From the IMG/VR virus record IMGVR_UViG_3300043399_000272, positions 186,001 to 250,000 of that record: a stretch of 64,000 nucleotides of DNA, one strand, 5' to 3'. Positions 1 through 10,108 of the stretch are shown here, one piece after another. A model generated the notes under the pieces. It did no database searches. It was not told the DNA's origin and saw only the letters and a list, made by a program, of their open reading frames with translations. The translations under genes and the position numbers were made by a program. Position 1 is the stretch's first letter, and every line of letters starts with the position of its first letter.

Positions 1-134
1 AATCTACTCCCCCGTTTGATGCTGACGAACCAGTCCAAGCAAGTTCTCCTGTTGAAGTTCCTAAAACAAGCGGAACATCAAGCGACAAAGCACAAGACAT
101 CCTAGCGATGATTCGTGCTAGACAAGCGAAGTAA
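1..134 (+). CDS. 3' end of probable ssDNA-binding protein (gp32-like), truncated by window
   Basis: Frame 3 reads STPPFDADEPVQ...SDKAQDILAMIRARQAK*; acidic/Pro-rich tail; lies upstream of uvsX/uvsY and is followed by a hairpin. Confidence 0.5.
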   Translation, partial: STPPFDADEPVQASSPVEVPKTSGTSSDKAQDILAMIRARQAK

Positions 135-136
135 AA

Positions 137-158
137 TCTAGGGGCTACGGCCCCTAGA
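137..158 (+). terminator. GC-rich hairpin with cUACGg tetraloop (terminator or RNA-stabilising stem)
   Basis: tctaggggc-tacg-gcccctaga; short U-tract. Confidence 0.55.
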
Positions 159-173
159 CTTAAGGAGAAATCT

Positions 174-428
174 ATGACATTACCGGACGAACGCTACCGT
201 GCCCTTAAGCAAGGTAAAAAATTATTAGAGGAGTTATGTGACCCCGGTCGCACCCCTCGTGTCCCTAGTATTATCAGAGATAAAGCAAGAGGTGCATTGC
301 GCCATTTCCCACAAGATTGGGAAATCGATGCGTTAGCAGATAAATGCCCAGATATGCTTGATAAAGTATCATTTACTGATAAACTATTACAAAAACAACT
401 TGGAGATAAAATTGGCAAAACCATTTGA
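174..428 (+). CDS. hypothetical phage protein
   Basis: 84 aa ORF with SD taaggag upstream. Confidence 0.7.
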   Translation: MTLPDERYRALKQGKKLLEELCDPGRTPRVPSIIRDKARGALRHFPQDWEIDALADKCPDMLDKVSFTDKLLQKQLGDKIGKTI

Positions 429-1482
429 TGTAAGCAAATTTAGAAAAGACATTACTAAAAGTATTGAAGGATTGAGCATTGGATTTAACGACCCTACAGA
501 TTGGGTATCTACAGGAAATTACGCTCTTAATTATCTCATTAGTGGTGATTTTAACAAAGGTGTTCCTTTGGGCAAAGTCACTGTATTCGCTGGCGAATCT
601 GGATCTGGTAAAAGCTACATCTGTAGTGGTAACTTGGTTCGTCACGCTCAGGAACAAGGTATTTTCGTTGTTCTAGTCGATAGCGAAAACGCATTGGATG
701 AGGAGTGGTTGCGTAATTTAGGTGTAGATACATCAGAAGATAAACTACTAAAACTTAACATGGCTATGATTGATGACGTAGCCAAGACGATTTCAGAATT
801 TATGAAATCATACAAAACACTACCAGCAGAAGACAAACCTAAAGTATTGTTCATCATTGACTCACTGGGTATGTTGTTGACTCCTACTGACGTTAATCAG
901 TTTGAAGCAGGTGATATGAAAGGTGACATGGGTCGTAAGCCTAAAGCATTGACTGCACTTGTTCGCAATTGTGTTAACATGTTCGGTAGTCATAACGTAG
1001 GTCTAGTTGCTACTAATCACACATATGCTTCACAGGATATGTTTGATCCTGATGATAAGATTTCAGGTGGTCAGGGTTTCATCTACGCAAGTTCAATTGT
1101 TGTTGCTATGCGTAAACTAAAACTCAAGGAAGACGAAGACGGTAACAAGGTTAGTGAAGTGCGAGGTATTCGTTCAGCCTGTAAGGTTATGAAAACTCGT
1201 TATGCAAAGCCCTTTGAATCTGTTCAAGTTAAGATTCCTTATGAGACTGGTATGAATCCTTATTCTGGACTACTTGACTTGTTCGAAGGTCAAGGTCTAT
1301 TGACTAAAGAAGGCAATCGTTTGGCATACACAACTGAAGACGGTGAAGTATTGAAATCATTCCGTAAGGGATGGGAATCTAACGATGATGGTTGCCTTGA
1401 TAAAGTGATGGAAGAATTCCAGAAAAAAAATGCAAATAAGCTAAGTACTGTTACTGCCGATGAAGGAGCGGCGACAGAATGA
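412..1482 (+). CDS. uvsX: RecA-like recombinase UvsX
   Basis: Walker A GESGSGKS, DSENALD, Walker B IIDSLG, NHTY, SGG motifs; TTG start after ggag at 412. Confidence 0.92.
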   Translation: MAKPFDVSKFRKDITKSIEGLSIGFNDPTDWVSTGNYALNYLISGDFNKGVPLGKVTVFAGESGSGKSYICSGNLVRHAQEQGIFVVLVDSENALDEEWLRNLGVDTSEDKLLKLNMAMIDDVAKTISEFMKSYKTLPAEDKPKVLFIIDSLGMLLTPTDVNQFEAGDMKGDMGRKPKALTALVRNCVNMFGSHNVGLVATNHTYASQDMFDPDDKISGGQGFIYASSIVVAMRKLKLKEDEDGNKVSEVRGIRSACKVMKTRYAKPFESVQVKIPYETGMNPYSGLLDLFEGQGLLTKEGNRLAYTTEDGEVLKSFRKGWESNDDGCLDKVMEEFQKKNANKLSTVTADEGAATE

Positions 1483-1736
1483 GTTTAGACTTGGTAACTG
1501 AAGTATGGGATGTTCTACGATCCCACATTGATTTTAATGAACGAGGCGATGCGGCTGACACACTCGTTAATTTTCTAATTGATAACAACTACGAGGCAGA
1601 GGATATCAAAGATGCCTTTAGGGGTGACAAAGAGATTATTACCGCAGTGAAAGATTACTTGTCTCAACATGAAGATGAACTAGAGTATGAAGATGAAGAT
1701 TACTACGGTGATTCGGATGACGATGAATGGGATTAA
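1479..1736 (+). CDS. acidic hypothetical protein
   Basis: 85 aa, D/E-rich tail, overlaps uvsX stop (ATGA). Confidence 0.7.
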   Translation: MSLDLVTEVWDVLRSHIDFNERGDAADTLVNFLIDNNYEAEDIKDAFRGDKEIITAVKDYLSQHEDELEYEDEDYYGDSDDDEWD

Positions 1737-2192
1737 ATGAACTGGTACACACGCATAACACAAAACTTAGGCGTGCTACCCGATTTCATTCTTCACTATG
1801 AGAATGAACTTCTCGGGGCGAAGAACGAGGTTAAAATTTTTGGCAATGTTGAAAAGAACATTGCCAATTTACCCGGTATCACTGAGCACCGTTTTAATCA
1901 ACTACAAGAAATTGAGGCTGTACTAAACTTCCTCAACATTCAACTTCGGAAAATTCGCCGAAAGCATTTTCAAAAATATTTAGAAGCGTATAATAGAGTA
2001 TTGACTAGCCGTGATGCAGAAAAATATGTAGACGGCGAAGATGAAGTCATTGATTTTGAAACCATCATTAATGAAGTTGCCCTATTACGTAACAAATGGT
2101 TGGGTGTCATTAAAGGTCTAGAAGCAAAACAATGGCAAATGGGTCATATCGTCCGTCTGAGAACGGCTGGTATGGAAGATATTACTATTTAA
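1737..2192 (+). CDS. uvsY: recombination mediator UvsY-like
   Basis: 151 aa helical protein next to uvsX; EKYVDGEDE and C-terminal KQWQMGHIVRLRTAG resemble UvsY. Confidence 0.75.
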   Translation: MNWYTRITQNLGVLPDFILHYENELLGAKNEVKIFGNVEKNIANLPGITEHRFNQLQEIEAVLNFLNIQLRKIRRKHFQKYLEAYNRVLTSRDAEKYVDGEDEVIDFETIINEVALLRNKWLGVIKGLEAKQWQMGHIVRLRTAGMEDITI

Positions 2193-2201
2193 GGATTCAC
2201 A

Positions 2202-2987
2202 ATGACCATTAACACGCACACATTCCAATTTCATCCTACCTCTGCACAAACAGGTATTATTGCCAATACAGTAAATTTATCTTTCGATGATTTTGTATCC
2301 AATGATTATCATCCTTCTGTTAAAAAATACGAAGTGTTTGAGTCACCTGAAGATGTTTTGGCACTGAGTGTCGCATGGAAACGTATGCGTGATAAAGGTG
2401 TATCCCCTACAGGTAAGTTGTTAGACAAAACATTATTTGATAGAGTAACACAAGAGGATCGTGACACTGCAAATATTATCCGTGATTATTATAGCAAAAA
2501 GTTTATGATTAATGCATTAATGAATGACGGACGAGAAATGTCACCTTTTAGAAAAGAAATTTCTAAAATCATTAACAGTGAAGGTAAAATGATTTCTAAA
2601 GAGGCATTTGGTCCAGTATATTATTTGCCTATTTTCTATGAATATGATACTGACCTTGATTATGTTAAAAGCTGTGTAACTATTAATCAAGATTTTAAAA
2701 ACAGTCAAGCACCTAGGGTTATATCGAATATTGTTGATTTACAACCTATTAAAAGAATTGTAAAAAAATCAAAACATACTACTACCGTTGAATATTGGTT
2801 GAAGAGTAATAACAAGCATAATTCAGCTAATGTAATTAGTATTCCTAAAGATAATCCATTGTTACATATTTGGGATCATGTGTTTAGTACTAAAGAAGTA
2901 TTACAAATTCAGGGCGGATATGAACAGAAACGCTTGGACAATTTTGAATACTATTCAATTAAGGCTTGGAAACTAGCCCAGGATTGA
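2202..2987 (+). CDS. hypothetical protein
   Basis: 261 aa ORF with SD aagga. Confidence 0.7.
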   Translation: MTINTHTFQFHPTSAQTGIIANTVNLSFDDFVSNDYHPSVKKYEVFESPEDVLALSVAWKRMRDKGVSPTGKLLDKTLFDRVTQEDRDTANIIRDYYSKKFMINALMNDGREMSPFRKEISKIINSEGKMISKEAFGPVYYLPIFYEYDTDLDYVKSCVTINQDFKNSQAPRVISNIVDLQPIKRIVKKSKHTTTVEYWLKSNNKHNSANVISIPKDNPLLHIWDHVFSTKEVLQIQGGYEQKRLDNFEYYSIKAWKLAQD

Positions 2988-3012
2988 CAATAAATCATTT
3001 CGGGCATATAAT
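2984..3012 (+). promoter_or_regulatory. consensus sigma70 (early) promoter
   Basis: TTGACA-17 nt-TATAAT. Confidence 0.85.
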
Positions 3013-3041
3013 ACATGTATTGATTGATTAAAGGAGCATGT

Positions 3042-3281
3042 ATGACTGAGTTTGAGACTAACTGCTATGGTATGTCTGTTGAAGATATCCGTGAGCAGTA
3101 CATGGAAAGTATTACCGCTCGTTTCTCTGGTCTTGAAATGGTTGTCATGGGCATTCTGTCTGACTGTCAGGAAATGATGGCAATGGGCACTGGTCCCCGT
3201 TCGGTTGAATATGTTCGCAAGCAAATGAATGTCGCCAAGTACATTCTGTCCGAAATGCAAGAAGCCAAGCAGGCAGCTTGA
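3042..3281 (+). CDS. small early hypothetical protein
   Basis: ATG at 3042 after aaggag, directly downstream of a perfect promoter. Confidence 0.7.
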   Translation: MTEFETNCYGMSVEDIREQYMESITARFSGLEMVVMGILSDCQEMMAMGTGPRSVEYVRKQMNVAKYILSEMQEAKQAA

Positions 3282-3306
3282 CATAAAAATCAAGTCGTTG
3301 TATAAT
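3278..3306 (+). promoter_or_regulatory. consensus sigma70 (early) promoter
   Basis: TTGACA-17 nt-TATAAT. Confidence 0.85.
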
Positions 3307-3328
3307 AATCTTTTATTCAGGAGCTTCA

Positions 3329-4330
3329 ATGTCTGTAATTCGTGTGTTGTCTGGTTCTTATCGTAACGAACCTGTTAAAGGCGAAATCTTTACTTTGGTA
3401 AAAGGTTACCAACTCGGTGCCAAAGGCGGTTTTGTTACAGTTAAGAACGAAGGTCAATTCCCCGGTCGTCCGGCAGAAGTTCGTGTTCAAGTTGACAATC
3501 AGGAATGTGTTCAGTTTATGTCCGGTAAATCGGAAATTGTAGAGACTCCTAAAGAAACTGATGAACAGGCAATGGATCGTATTGCCGCACGATTTGCAGT
3601 TTTGGATGAAATGTCCGCTGCCTGTATTGCAGGTAACATTCGTGCTATGATTGTTACAGGTCCTGCAGGCATTGGTAAGTCGCACGGTGTGACTACTCAA
3701 ATGGAAAAAGCATCGATGTTTGACAAAATCTCGGGTAAGCGTCCCCGCTTCGAAATTGTCAAAGGTGCTATTTCTGGTATCGGTCTGTTCGCTACATTGT
3801 ACAAGTACTCTGACAAGAAAAACGTTTTGGTGTTCGATGACTGTGATGTTTGGGAAGACCAGGACGCAATTAACGTTCTGAAGGGTGCATTGGATTCTGG
3901 TAAAACTCGCCGTATCTCTTGGAACAAGGACAGTCGTCTGTTGCGTGACGAAGGTGTGCCGAATCAATTCAATTTCAACGGCTCTATCATTTTCATCACT
4001 AACAAGACTTTCGATAACAAGAAGGCTAGTAAGATTCAACCTCACTTGGATGCTCTCCAATCTCGTTGTCACTTTCTTGACCTGACCGTTGACAGTGAGC
4101 GTGACAAGATGCTCCGCATCAAGCAAGTTCACCGTGATGCTGATGGCGGCCTGTTTGCGGACTATGATTTCAATCAGGAACAAACTGATGAAATTATGAA
4201 TTTCATTTGGGACAATCATACCAAACTGCGTGAAGTGTCTTTGCGTATGTGTCTCAAGATTGCAGACTTGGTTAAGATTTCCGCTAACTGGCGTGAACTT
4301 GCTAAGGCAACTTGCATGAAGGGCATTTAA
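3329..4330 (+). CDS. AAA+-like P-loop ATPase, early
   Basis: Walker A GPAGIGKS, Walker B LVFDDCD, sensor IIFITN, arginine-finger-like ALQSR. Confidence 0.8.
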   Translation: MSVIRVLSGSYRNEPVKGEIFTLVKGYQLGAKGGFVTVKNEGQFPGRPAEVRVQVDNQECVQFMSGKSEIVETPKETDEQAMDRIAARFAVLDEMSAACIAGNIRAMIVTGPAGIGKSHGVTTQMEKASMFDKISGKRPRFEIVKGAISGIGLFATLYKYSDKKNVLVFDDCDVWEDQDAINVLKGALDSGKTRRISWNKDSRLLRDEGVPNQFNFNGSIIFITNKTFDNKKASKIQPHLDALQSRCHFLDLTVDSERDKMLRIKQVHRDADGGLFADYDFNQEQTDEIMNFIWDNHTKLREVSLRMCLKIADLVKISANWRELAKATCMKGI

Positions 4331-4384
4331 TTAACGCCGTGTGAAGGCAGAGGGCAACGTCAATAAGACCCTCCCCTATTCTGA

Positions 4385-4408
4385 ATAAAGGACGTAGTGT
4401 CCTTTTAT
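4385..4408 (+). terminator. rho-independent terminator candidate
   Basis: ataaaggac-gtagt-gtccttttat. Confidence 0.5.
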
Positions 4409-4453
4409 CCATTGATGTTGCAATTACTATTTTGATTATGCTATAATAATGAA

Positions 4454-5491
4454 ATGTCAGCAGTAAAACCCTCTACCAAGGAACAGTTAATCCATTATCT
4501 ATTGAATCATATTAGTTTAGGTACATATGATAGAAAGTTTCTATCCAGCCTTCAGACTATGTATGTTACAGCACAAAAGCCAGTAACCACTAATCAATCC
4601 AATTTATTGAGCAGGATTATATTACGCTACAAAAGGCAACTGTTAAAGCATGAGATTACAGTTGATGAGGCTAATTCACTACCTTGGACACATGATCCTA
4701 TACCTAGCTTACCTGAATTTACTGAAACACATTTGATTTTAGTAGATGATGAATTAATTTTGCGTAGTCCGTATAAAACAAACTTTGTCAAAGACTTTAG
4801 AAAATTAGAAATATACGGAAAATGGGAACAAGAGGATAGGTTTTGGAGAATACCTGCGAATACATTTACTCTGCGTGAAGTAAAAAAGTGTATTGAACAT
4901 CATTATCCCAAGATAAATTATTGCGACCAATTAACTGCCCTTCTGAAAGACATTGACTCTTTATCCGAAAAAGATTATTGGGACCCTACATATGTAAATA
5001 AGAATGGTAACTTTTATGTTGCCCCAATTACAGAATCGTTGCACAACGCTATTGAAAAAATTCCTCTCGATATAGAATTTAAAAACATCACTAGATTAGT
5101 TTCTAGTGGAATCAACATAGATAGTAGCGTAACAGAACTTTGCCGTAGTAAATATTCGGATAAGGAGATCAATTTTGTTAAGTCTCCTGTTGCGACAATT
5201 GAATATCTAGACCCGCAGCTTAGTGACTTGTTAATTTCACTGGAACCCGATTTAGTTATATTTTTAGAATACGTTTCGTCAATGAAACCTTACCTTAAAA
5301 CTATCAAAGAAAAATTAAAAGAGTATAATATAAAAACAATAACTCCTGTGTATTCTAACCTAGCTATAGATATGACACAGCACGGTTACATAGTAATTGT
5401 AGAAACTGGCATTTCATTACGTCAGCAAATACTACCCTATGCTAGTAAAATAGTCCAGGTAGTAAATAATAAACCCGTACATATTAAATGA
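4454..5491 (+). CDS. hypothetical protein
   Basis: 345 aa; preceded by TTGCAA-18-TATAAT; overlaps uvsW start. Confidence 0.7.
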   Translation: MSAVKPSTKEQLIHYLLNHISLGTYDRKFLSSLQTMYVTAQKPVTTNQSNLLSRIILRYKRQLLKHEITVDEANSLPWTHDPIPSLPEFTETHLILVDDELILRSPYKTNFVKDFRKLEIYGKWEQEDRFWRIPANTFTLREVKKCIEHHYPKINYCDQLTALLKDIDSLSEKDYWDPTYVNKNGNFYVAPITESLHNAIEKIPLDIEFKNITRLVSSGINIDSSVTELCRSKYSDKEINFVKSPVATIEYLDPQLSDLLISLEPDLVIFLEYVSSMKPYLKTIKEKLKEYNIKTITPVYSNLAIDMTQHGYIVIVETGISLRQQILPYASKIVQVVNNKPVHIK

Positions 5492-6975
5492 AAGAATGTA
5501 AATTAATCATAAAAGATGAAGTAAACGTAAAGCTAGAAGGTCTAGAACTTGGTGACCGTAAGACGCTGATGAAGATGTTTGAGTTTGAAGTTCCTGGTGC
5601 AAGATATTTACCTAGTGTAAGGCTCGGCAGATGGAATGGTAAAACAAGTTATTTTAGTTTAGGTGGTAGCACATACATTAATCTATTGCCAGAGATTCTT
5701 CCTCTGCTAGATCAAGCCGGGTATGATATTGAACTAGATGACCAGCGTGAATACACTACAACATTCAATTTCGCTCAAGTGTCCGAGGAGACATTCAAAC
5801 ACAAAGTCTGGCCAGCAAAGCACCCAATGGCAGGTCAACCTGTTGTATTGCGTGACTATCAGATCGAAATCATCAACAACTTCCTTGCTAACCCACAATC
5901 AATCCAAGAAGTAGCTACGGGTGCAGGTAAGACACTAACAACAGCAGCATTAAGTTTAAGTGTAGAAGACTATGGGAGAAGTATCGTTATTGTCCCTAAT
6001 AAGGACCTCGTCAGACAAACGGAAGCCGATTATATTAATCTGGGCTTGGACGTTGGTGTATATTTTGGTGACCGTAAAGAAGTCGGACGCACTCATACTA
6101 TCTGTACTTGGCAATCACTAAACAACATGATGAAGAAAACTCAGTCAGGAGAGGCTGAAATTTCTATCATTGACTTTATTGAAGATGTTGTTTGTGTTAT
6201 GGTTGACGAAGTGCATATGGCTAAAGCGGATGCATTGAAAGCATTATTAACAGGTCCAATGTCACGTATTCCTATTCGTTGGGGACTCACTGGTACGATA
6301 CCTAAATCTAAATTTGAATTTATGTCATTGTTCGTCAGTCTCGGTAACGTGATTGGCAAACTGTCTGCTAAAGAGTTGCAAGATAAAGGTGTACTTGCAC
6401 AATGTCACGTAAACATTGTTCAATTGAAAGACGATGTTGAATTCAGTAACTACCAAAGCGAATTAAAATATTTAACAGAAAACAGTGAACGTCTAGACGC
6501 AATTGCAGGATTGATTGGCAAAATAGTTGAGAGCGGAAACACACTTATTCTAGTCGACCGCATTAGTGCAGGCAAAGAATTACAACGCAGACTGAGTGAT
6601 ATATTCAGTCTACTGAAAGACGCACCTGAAGTAGCTTTTGTTTCAGGTGAAACTAATTTAACAGAAAGAAGGGAAAACTATGATGAAGTCGCAACATCAA
6701 ACAACAAAATCATTATCGCAACTTATGGGGTTGCCGCTGTGGGTATTAACATACCCCGCATATTTAACCTCGTGTTATTGGAACCAGGTAAGTCGTTTGT
6801 TAGAGTCATACAATCCATTGGACGAGGAATCAGAAAAGCCGAAGACAAAGACTTTGTCCAAATCTGGGACATTACAAGTTCCTGCAAATTCGCAAAAAGA
6901 CACCTCACCCAAAGAAAAGCGTTCTACAAAGAAGCTGCATACCCGTTCGACCTTGAAAAACTTACCTACAAATGA
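5488..6975 (+). CDS. uvsW: SF2 DNA helicase UvsW
   Basis: Q motif LRDYQ, ATGAGKT, DEVH, TGT, QSIGRGIR; N-terminal WNGK typical of UvsW. Confidence 0.9.
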   Translation: MKECKLIIKDEVNVKLEGLELGDRKTLMKMFEFEVPGARYLPSVRLGRWNGKTSYFSLGGSTYINLLPEILPLLDQAGYDIELDDQREYTTTFNFAQVSEETFKHKVWPAKHPMAGQPVVLRDYQIEIINNFLANPQSIQEVATGAGKTLTTAALSLSVEDYGRSIVIVPNKDLVRQTEADYINLGLDVGVYFGDRKEVGRTHTICTWQSLNNMMKKTQSGEAEISIIDFIEDVVCVMVDEVHMAKADALKALLTGPMSRIPIRWGLTGTIPKSKFEFMSLFVSLGNVIGKLSAKELQDKGVLAQCHVNIVQLKDDVEFSNYQSELKYLTENSERLDAIAGLIGKIVESGNTLILVDRISAGKELQRRLSDIFSLLKDAPEVAFVSGETNLTERRENYDEVATSNNKIIIATYGVAAVGINIPRIFNLVLLEPGKSFVRVIQSIGRGIRKAEDKDFVQIWDITSSCKFAKRHLTQRKAFYKEAAYPFDLEKLTYK

Positions 6976-6987
6976 TACACTTTAATT

Positions 6988-7488
6988 ATGAACATTTTAT
7001 TATTAGACAATATAAAATACAATTTAGAAAATCTACCTGAAGAAGTAGATGATGTTAGATTTGCTATTTTAGATAACAGCAATCCGCAGAACGTAGATTA
7101 CCATTATATTCCATTAATCTTTCTGGAGAGTTTCAACTCACCTGCACTTGTTTTACGAATTGGAGATCAACATATTAAGATGCCTGTTGATTGGCAAATA
7201 CTAATCGGGGAACCTGAAATGGGTGACTTGGAAACATTACCACTAACTAGTATCAATGATCGAGGATTCAAAGCATTCGAGTTTAACCCATTAACCTCAT
7301 TTAGACCCAGCTTTCTTGACATTGACATTGTAGATATATACCATGATGTTACATGGTATGCCCCTAGATTAAAAAACGGACAGTTCTTGTGTGTACCAAT
7401 TGATGATGGATACAAACCTAGGTGTGTGTACTTTGTTAAAGAAATTAGTAGAAATTGTGAAATTGTTGACTACCAACAGGCATTCTAA
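6988..7488 (+). CDS. hypothetical beta-rich protein
   Basis: 166 aa; preceded by TTGAAA-17-TACACT. Confidence 0.7.
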   Translation: MNILLLDNIKYNLENLPEEVDDVRFAILDNSNPQNVDYHYIPLIFLESFNSPALVLRIGDQHIKMPVDWQILIGEPEMGDLETLPLTSINDRGFKAFEFNPLTSFRPSFLDIDIVDIYHDVTWYAPRLKNGQFLCVPIDDGYKPRCVYFVKEISRNCEIVDYQQAF

Positions 7489-8078
7489 TGGCAACTAAAA
7501 AAGCAACTCCGTCAGAAGAAAAATTCGAGAAACAAGACTTTGATTTGTTCAAGGCTTTAGAAGCGATTGACAAGAAAGACTATTCATATTACGATAGACT
7601 GACAGAAGAACAGCAAAAGAAGTTCGTACCGTTTATGATGACTCACTGGATGAGCCAAATCAAAAGCAATGGTAGTATGCAGGGATATTACGTGCGTAGT
7701 GTTGATTATCACGCTAATCAACATTTATTCAATGAAAACGTGATGAAACATCCCAAACTACAGTGGCTAATGTTGTGTGCTAGTAGCCCTGATATGGGAA
7801 AGCAATTCCATCAATGGGTGCCGCACTTGTCTAGCAAAGTTGCTACATTGAAAGAAACACCCAAAGAACGTGAAATTAGAGAGTATTTTAGTAAAATTTA
7901 TCCTAAGGCAAGCGAAGCAAACCTATATGCTATAAGCGAAGCATATGTTACAGAACACAAGAAAAAATCATACCTAGCCAAAAGATTTGAAAATCTAAAA
8001 TACGAAGATATTGAAATATTAGCAAATTTAGTGACCGACGATGACATTCGTAGATATGAAGAAGACCGAGGAAATTGA
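7488..8078 (+). CDS. clamp loader small subunit (gp62-like)
   Basis: DLFKALEAI...FVPFMMTHWMS...ANQ...LQWLML pattern resembles gp62; a gp44 homolog lies at 54390. Confidence 0.5.
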   Translation: MATKKATPSEEKFEKQDFDLFKALEAIDKKDYSYYDRLTEEQQKKFVPFMMTHWMSQIKSNGSMQGYYVRSVDYHANQHLFNENVMKHPKLQWLMLCASSPDMGKQFHQWVPHLSSKVATLKETPKEREIREYFSKIYPKASEANLYAISEAYVTEHKKKSYLAKRFENLKYEDIEILANLVTDDDIRRYEEDRGN

Positions 8079-8754
8079 AACGAAACACAGTTGCGAATTC
8101 TGCAACCGAACATTCGTCAGAGAAAAAACTCTGTTCACCCACATGTGTGAGACAAAGAATAGATGGTTGTCAAAAGATAAAATTGCAAATAGAATAGGAT
8201 TTCAAAGTTTCGTTCAATTTTATAAAAAACATTCTGCTGCTAAAAAGACAAAAACATATGATGAATTCATTCGTAGTCCATACTACACAGCTTTTGTAAA
8301 GTTTGGAAATTATTGTAGTGATATCAATGCTATCAACATTTCTCGTTTTGTTGATTGGTTATTAGCAGAACAAGTGTCAATTGATAATTGGAATAGTGAT
8401 AAAGTATATACTAGGTATTTGATCGAATATCTTAGAAAAGAAGATCCAATGGATGCTATACATCGTAGTGTAGAAACGTCAATAGAATTAGTAAAATCTG
8501 AAGGTATTCTTCCTAAAGACTTGTTGAGATTCGGTAATACAAACAAGATTTGTTATGCAATAACTACTGGTAAGATTAGCCCTTGGATGTTGTATCAAAG
8601 TAAAAGTGGCCCTAAGTTTTTAGACACGTTACACCCTGACCAAGTTAAATTCATTATAGATTATATTGATCCAGAGCAATGGGCACTAAAATTTCACAGA
8701 GAGCCGGAAAATGTCAGAGCAGTCAAAGAAATCCTTGATGTTGGGGGGTATTGA
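8056..8754 (+). CDS. hypothetical protein with N-terminal Zn finger
   Basis: CEFC-x12-HMC. Confidence 0.65.
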   Translation: MKKTEEIETKHSCEFCNRTFVREKTLFTHMCETKNRWLSKDKIANRIGFQSFVQFYKKHSAAKKTKTYDEFIRSPYYTAFVKFGNYCSDINAINISRFVDWLLAEQVSIDNWNSDKVYTRYLIEYLRKEDPMDAIHRSVETSIELVKSEGILPKDLLRFGNTNKICYAITTGKISPWMLYQSKSGPKFLDTLHPDQVKFIIDYIDPEQWALKFHREPENVRAVKEILDVGGY

Positions 8755-8965
8755 TATTAATCATGATTATAGAGTAAGAATACCCTTTACAGTAGGGTTC
8801 ATGAGTGACGGCGAAATAAATATGTGGAATGAAACATGTGCTAGAGCAATCGAGATGTTCGGATTGCCGGGTGACAAATACACATGTAGATTTACTAAAG
8901 AAGCGATTGAGTTTTGGTTCTTAGAAGAAAAAGATGCTATGATTTTTGAGTTGACTTGTGGATAA
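8711..8965 (+). CDS. array member (LRW-motif family)
   Basis: EMFGLPGDKY...FWFLEEKDAMIFELTCG. Confidence 0.7.
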   Translation: MSEQSKKSLMLGGIDINHDYRVRIPFTVGFMSDGEINMWNETCARAIEMFGLPGDKYTCRFTKEAIEFWFLEEKDAMIFELTCG

Positions 8966-9218
8966 GTGTTTAGAGTTTATATTGCCTAGCGGAGCAGCAG
9001 GTATGGCAGCCGGCATGACTCGTCAAGCTATAGGTAAAAAAATCAGAAAATTACAAGAAGATAAAAAAATAGGTCAGTATAAAACTAAAACGACAGGATA
9101 TAGATTTAAGGTATGGTTTGAGAATGAAATTGACTACACTACTTTTTTCCTTGTTTGGGAAGCCATTAACTCTTGGCATAAACCTAAAATCATTGAAGAA
9201 GATTACGATCCGAATTAA
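8958..9218 (+). CDS. array member (LRW-motif family, extended C-terminus)
   Basis: VWFENEIDYTTFFLVW. Confidence 0.65.
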   Translation: MDKCLEFILPSGAAGMAAGMTRQAIGKKIRKLQEDKKIGQYKTKTTGYRFKVWFENEIDYTTFFLVWEAINSWHKPKIIEEDYDPN

Positions 9219-9621
9219 AGCTCTTATAAGAATATTAAAAGCAAATCGCAAACTCAAAAAGAGTGGTTACAATAATTGGGCACATTATAAACATAACCGT
9301 GACCCCGATGTCGAAAGGTATGCTAATTGCATAGATGACTTCTACAAGGGTTATCCATATATCTATGCTTGCCCAAACCCAAACCACTATGCATATCAAC
9401 ACATAGCCGATTATGGACCAGGTGGTGACATATATGGGTTTAATGAGATAGAATTTTGGTGTCACGAAAAAATAAGGTGGAACTTTCGTTGTGACATGCA
9501 TAGAGTTTATGAGAATCAATGGGGAAAAATTGAGTTCAATGATATCGGAGGTTATGATAGAATATACTTTGCTTTTAAACGTGAACAAGATTTTACACAC
9601 TTTTTATTGCGATGGGCCTAA
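9118..9621 (+). CDS. array member (LRW-motif family); true start may be TTG at 9193
   Basis: IEFWCHE...YFAFKREQDFTHFLLRWA. Confidence 0.7.
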   Translation: MRMKLTTLLFSLFGKPLTLGINLKSLKKITIRIKALIRILKANRKLKKSGYNNWAHYKHNRDPDVERYANCIDDFYKGYPYIYACPNPNHYAYQHIADYGPGGDIYGFNEIEFWCHEKIRWNFRCDMHRVYENQWGKIEFNDIGGYDRIYFAFKREQDFTHFLLRWA

Positions 9622-9854
9622 AAAGAATATACATAATGTATCATACACCTAGATCGATGGAAGTTCTTTCATGGTTTTATGATACATTCGGTGAACCTCA
9701 GGAATGGGGAGGTATAATGTCAGAGCCTGTTCAATTGAAAAGTGGATATCAGTGGGCCAATGGTCAACATTCTACTAATTATCATGATGAAGCTAGTCCA
9801 TGTATTTGGTGTACAGAACAAGCGTTTATGATGTATTCTCTAAGGTGGTTATAA
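9612..9854 (+). CDS. array member (LRW-motif family)
   Basis: WFYDTFGEP...EQAFMMYSLRWL. Confidence 0.7.
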   Translation: MGLKRIYIMYHTPRSMEVLSWFYDTFGEPQEWGGIMSEPVQLKSGYQWANGQHSTNYHDEASPCIWCTEQAFMMYSLRWL

Positions 9855-10108
9855 TGGAACAAGGTAGCTTTACATATAAAACAACTAATTACTATGGTAG
9901 TCAACGAAAGATTCACATCGTATCTTGGAAAGGTAAGGGTGAAGTTGACGGGGATGAAATCCGAAAGTGGTGTATTGAAAACTTCGGAAATCCAGGTTAT
10001 CAGGAAGAACATTCTCAAGCTCGATGGCTAGATGATATTAAAGATTCGGGTGAAATCTATCTGTGTAAAGATGAAGATTTGACCTTTTTCTTACTCAAGT
10101 GGACATGA
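9854..10108 (+). CDS. array member (LRW-motif family)
   Basis: KWCIENFGNPG...IYLCKDEDLTFFLLKWT; TAATG overlap with previous stop. Confidence 0.75.
   Translation: MEQGSFTYKTTNYYGSQRKIHIVSWKGKGEVDGDEIRKWCIENFGNPGYQEEHSQARWLDDIKDSGEIYLCKDEDLTFFLLKWT

Noticed and set aside
3326-4219. 297-aa antisense ORF, and the similar one at 30541-31314
   Set aside because: Both lie fully opposite well-supported genes with biased codons and have no motifs or expression signals.
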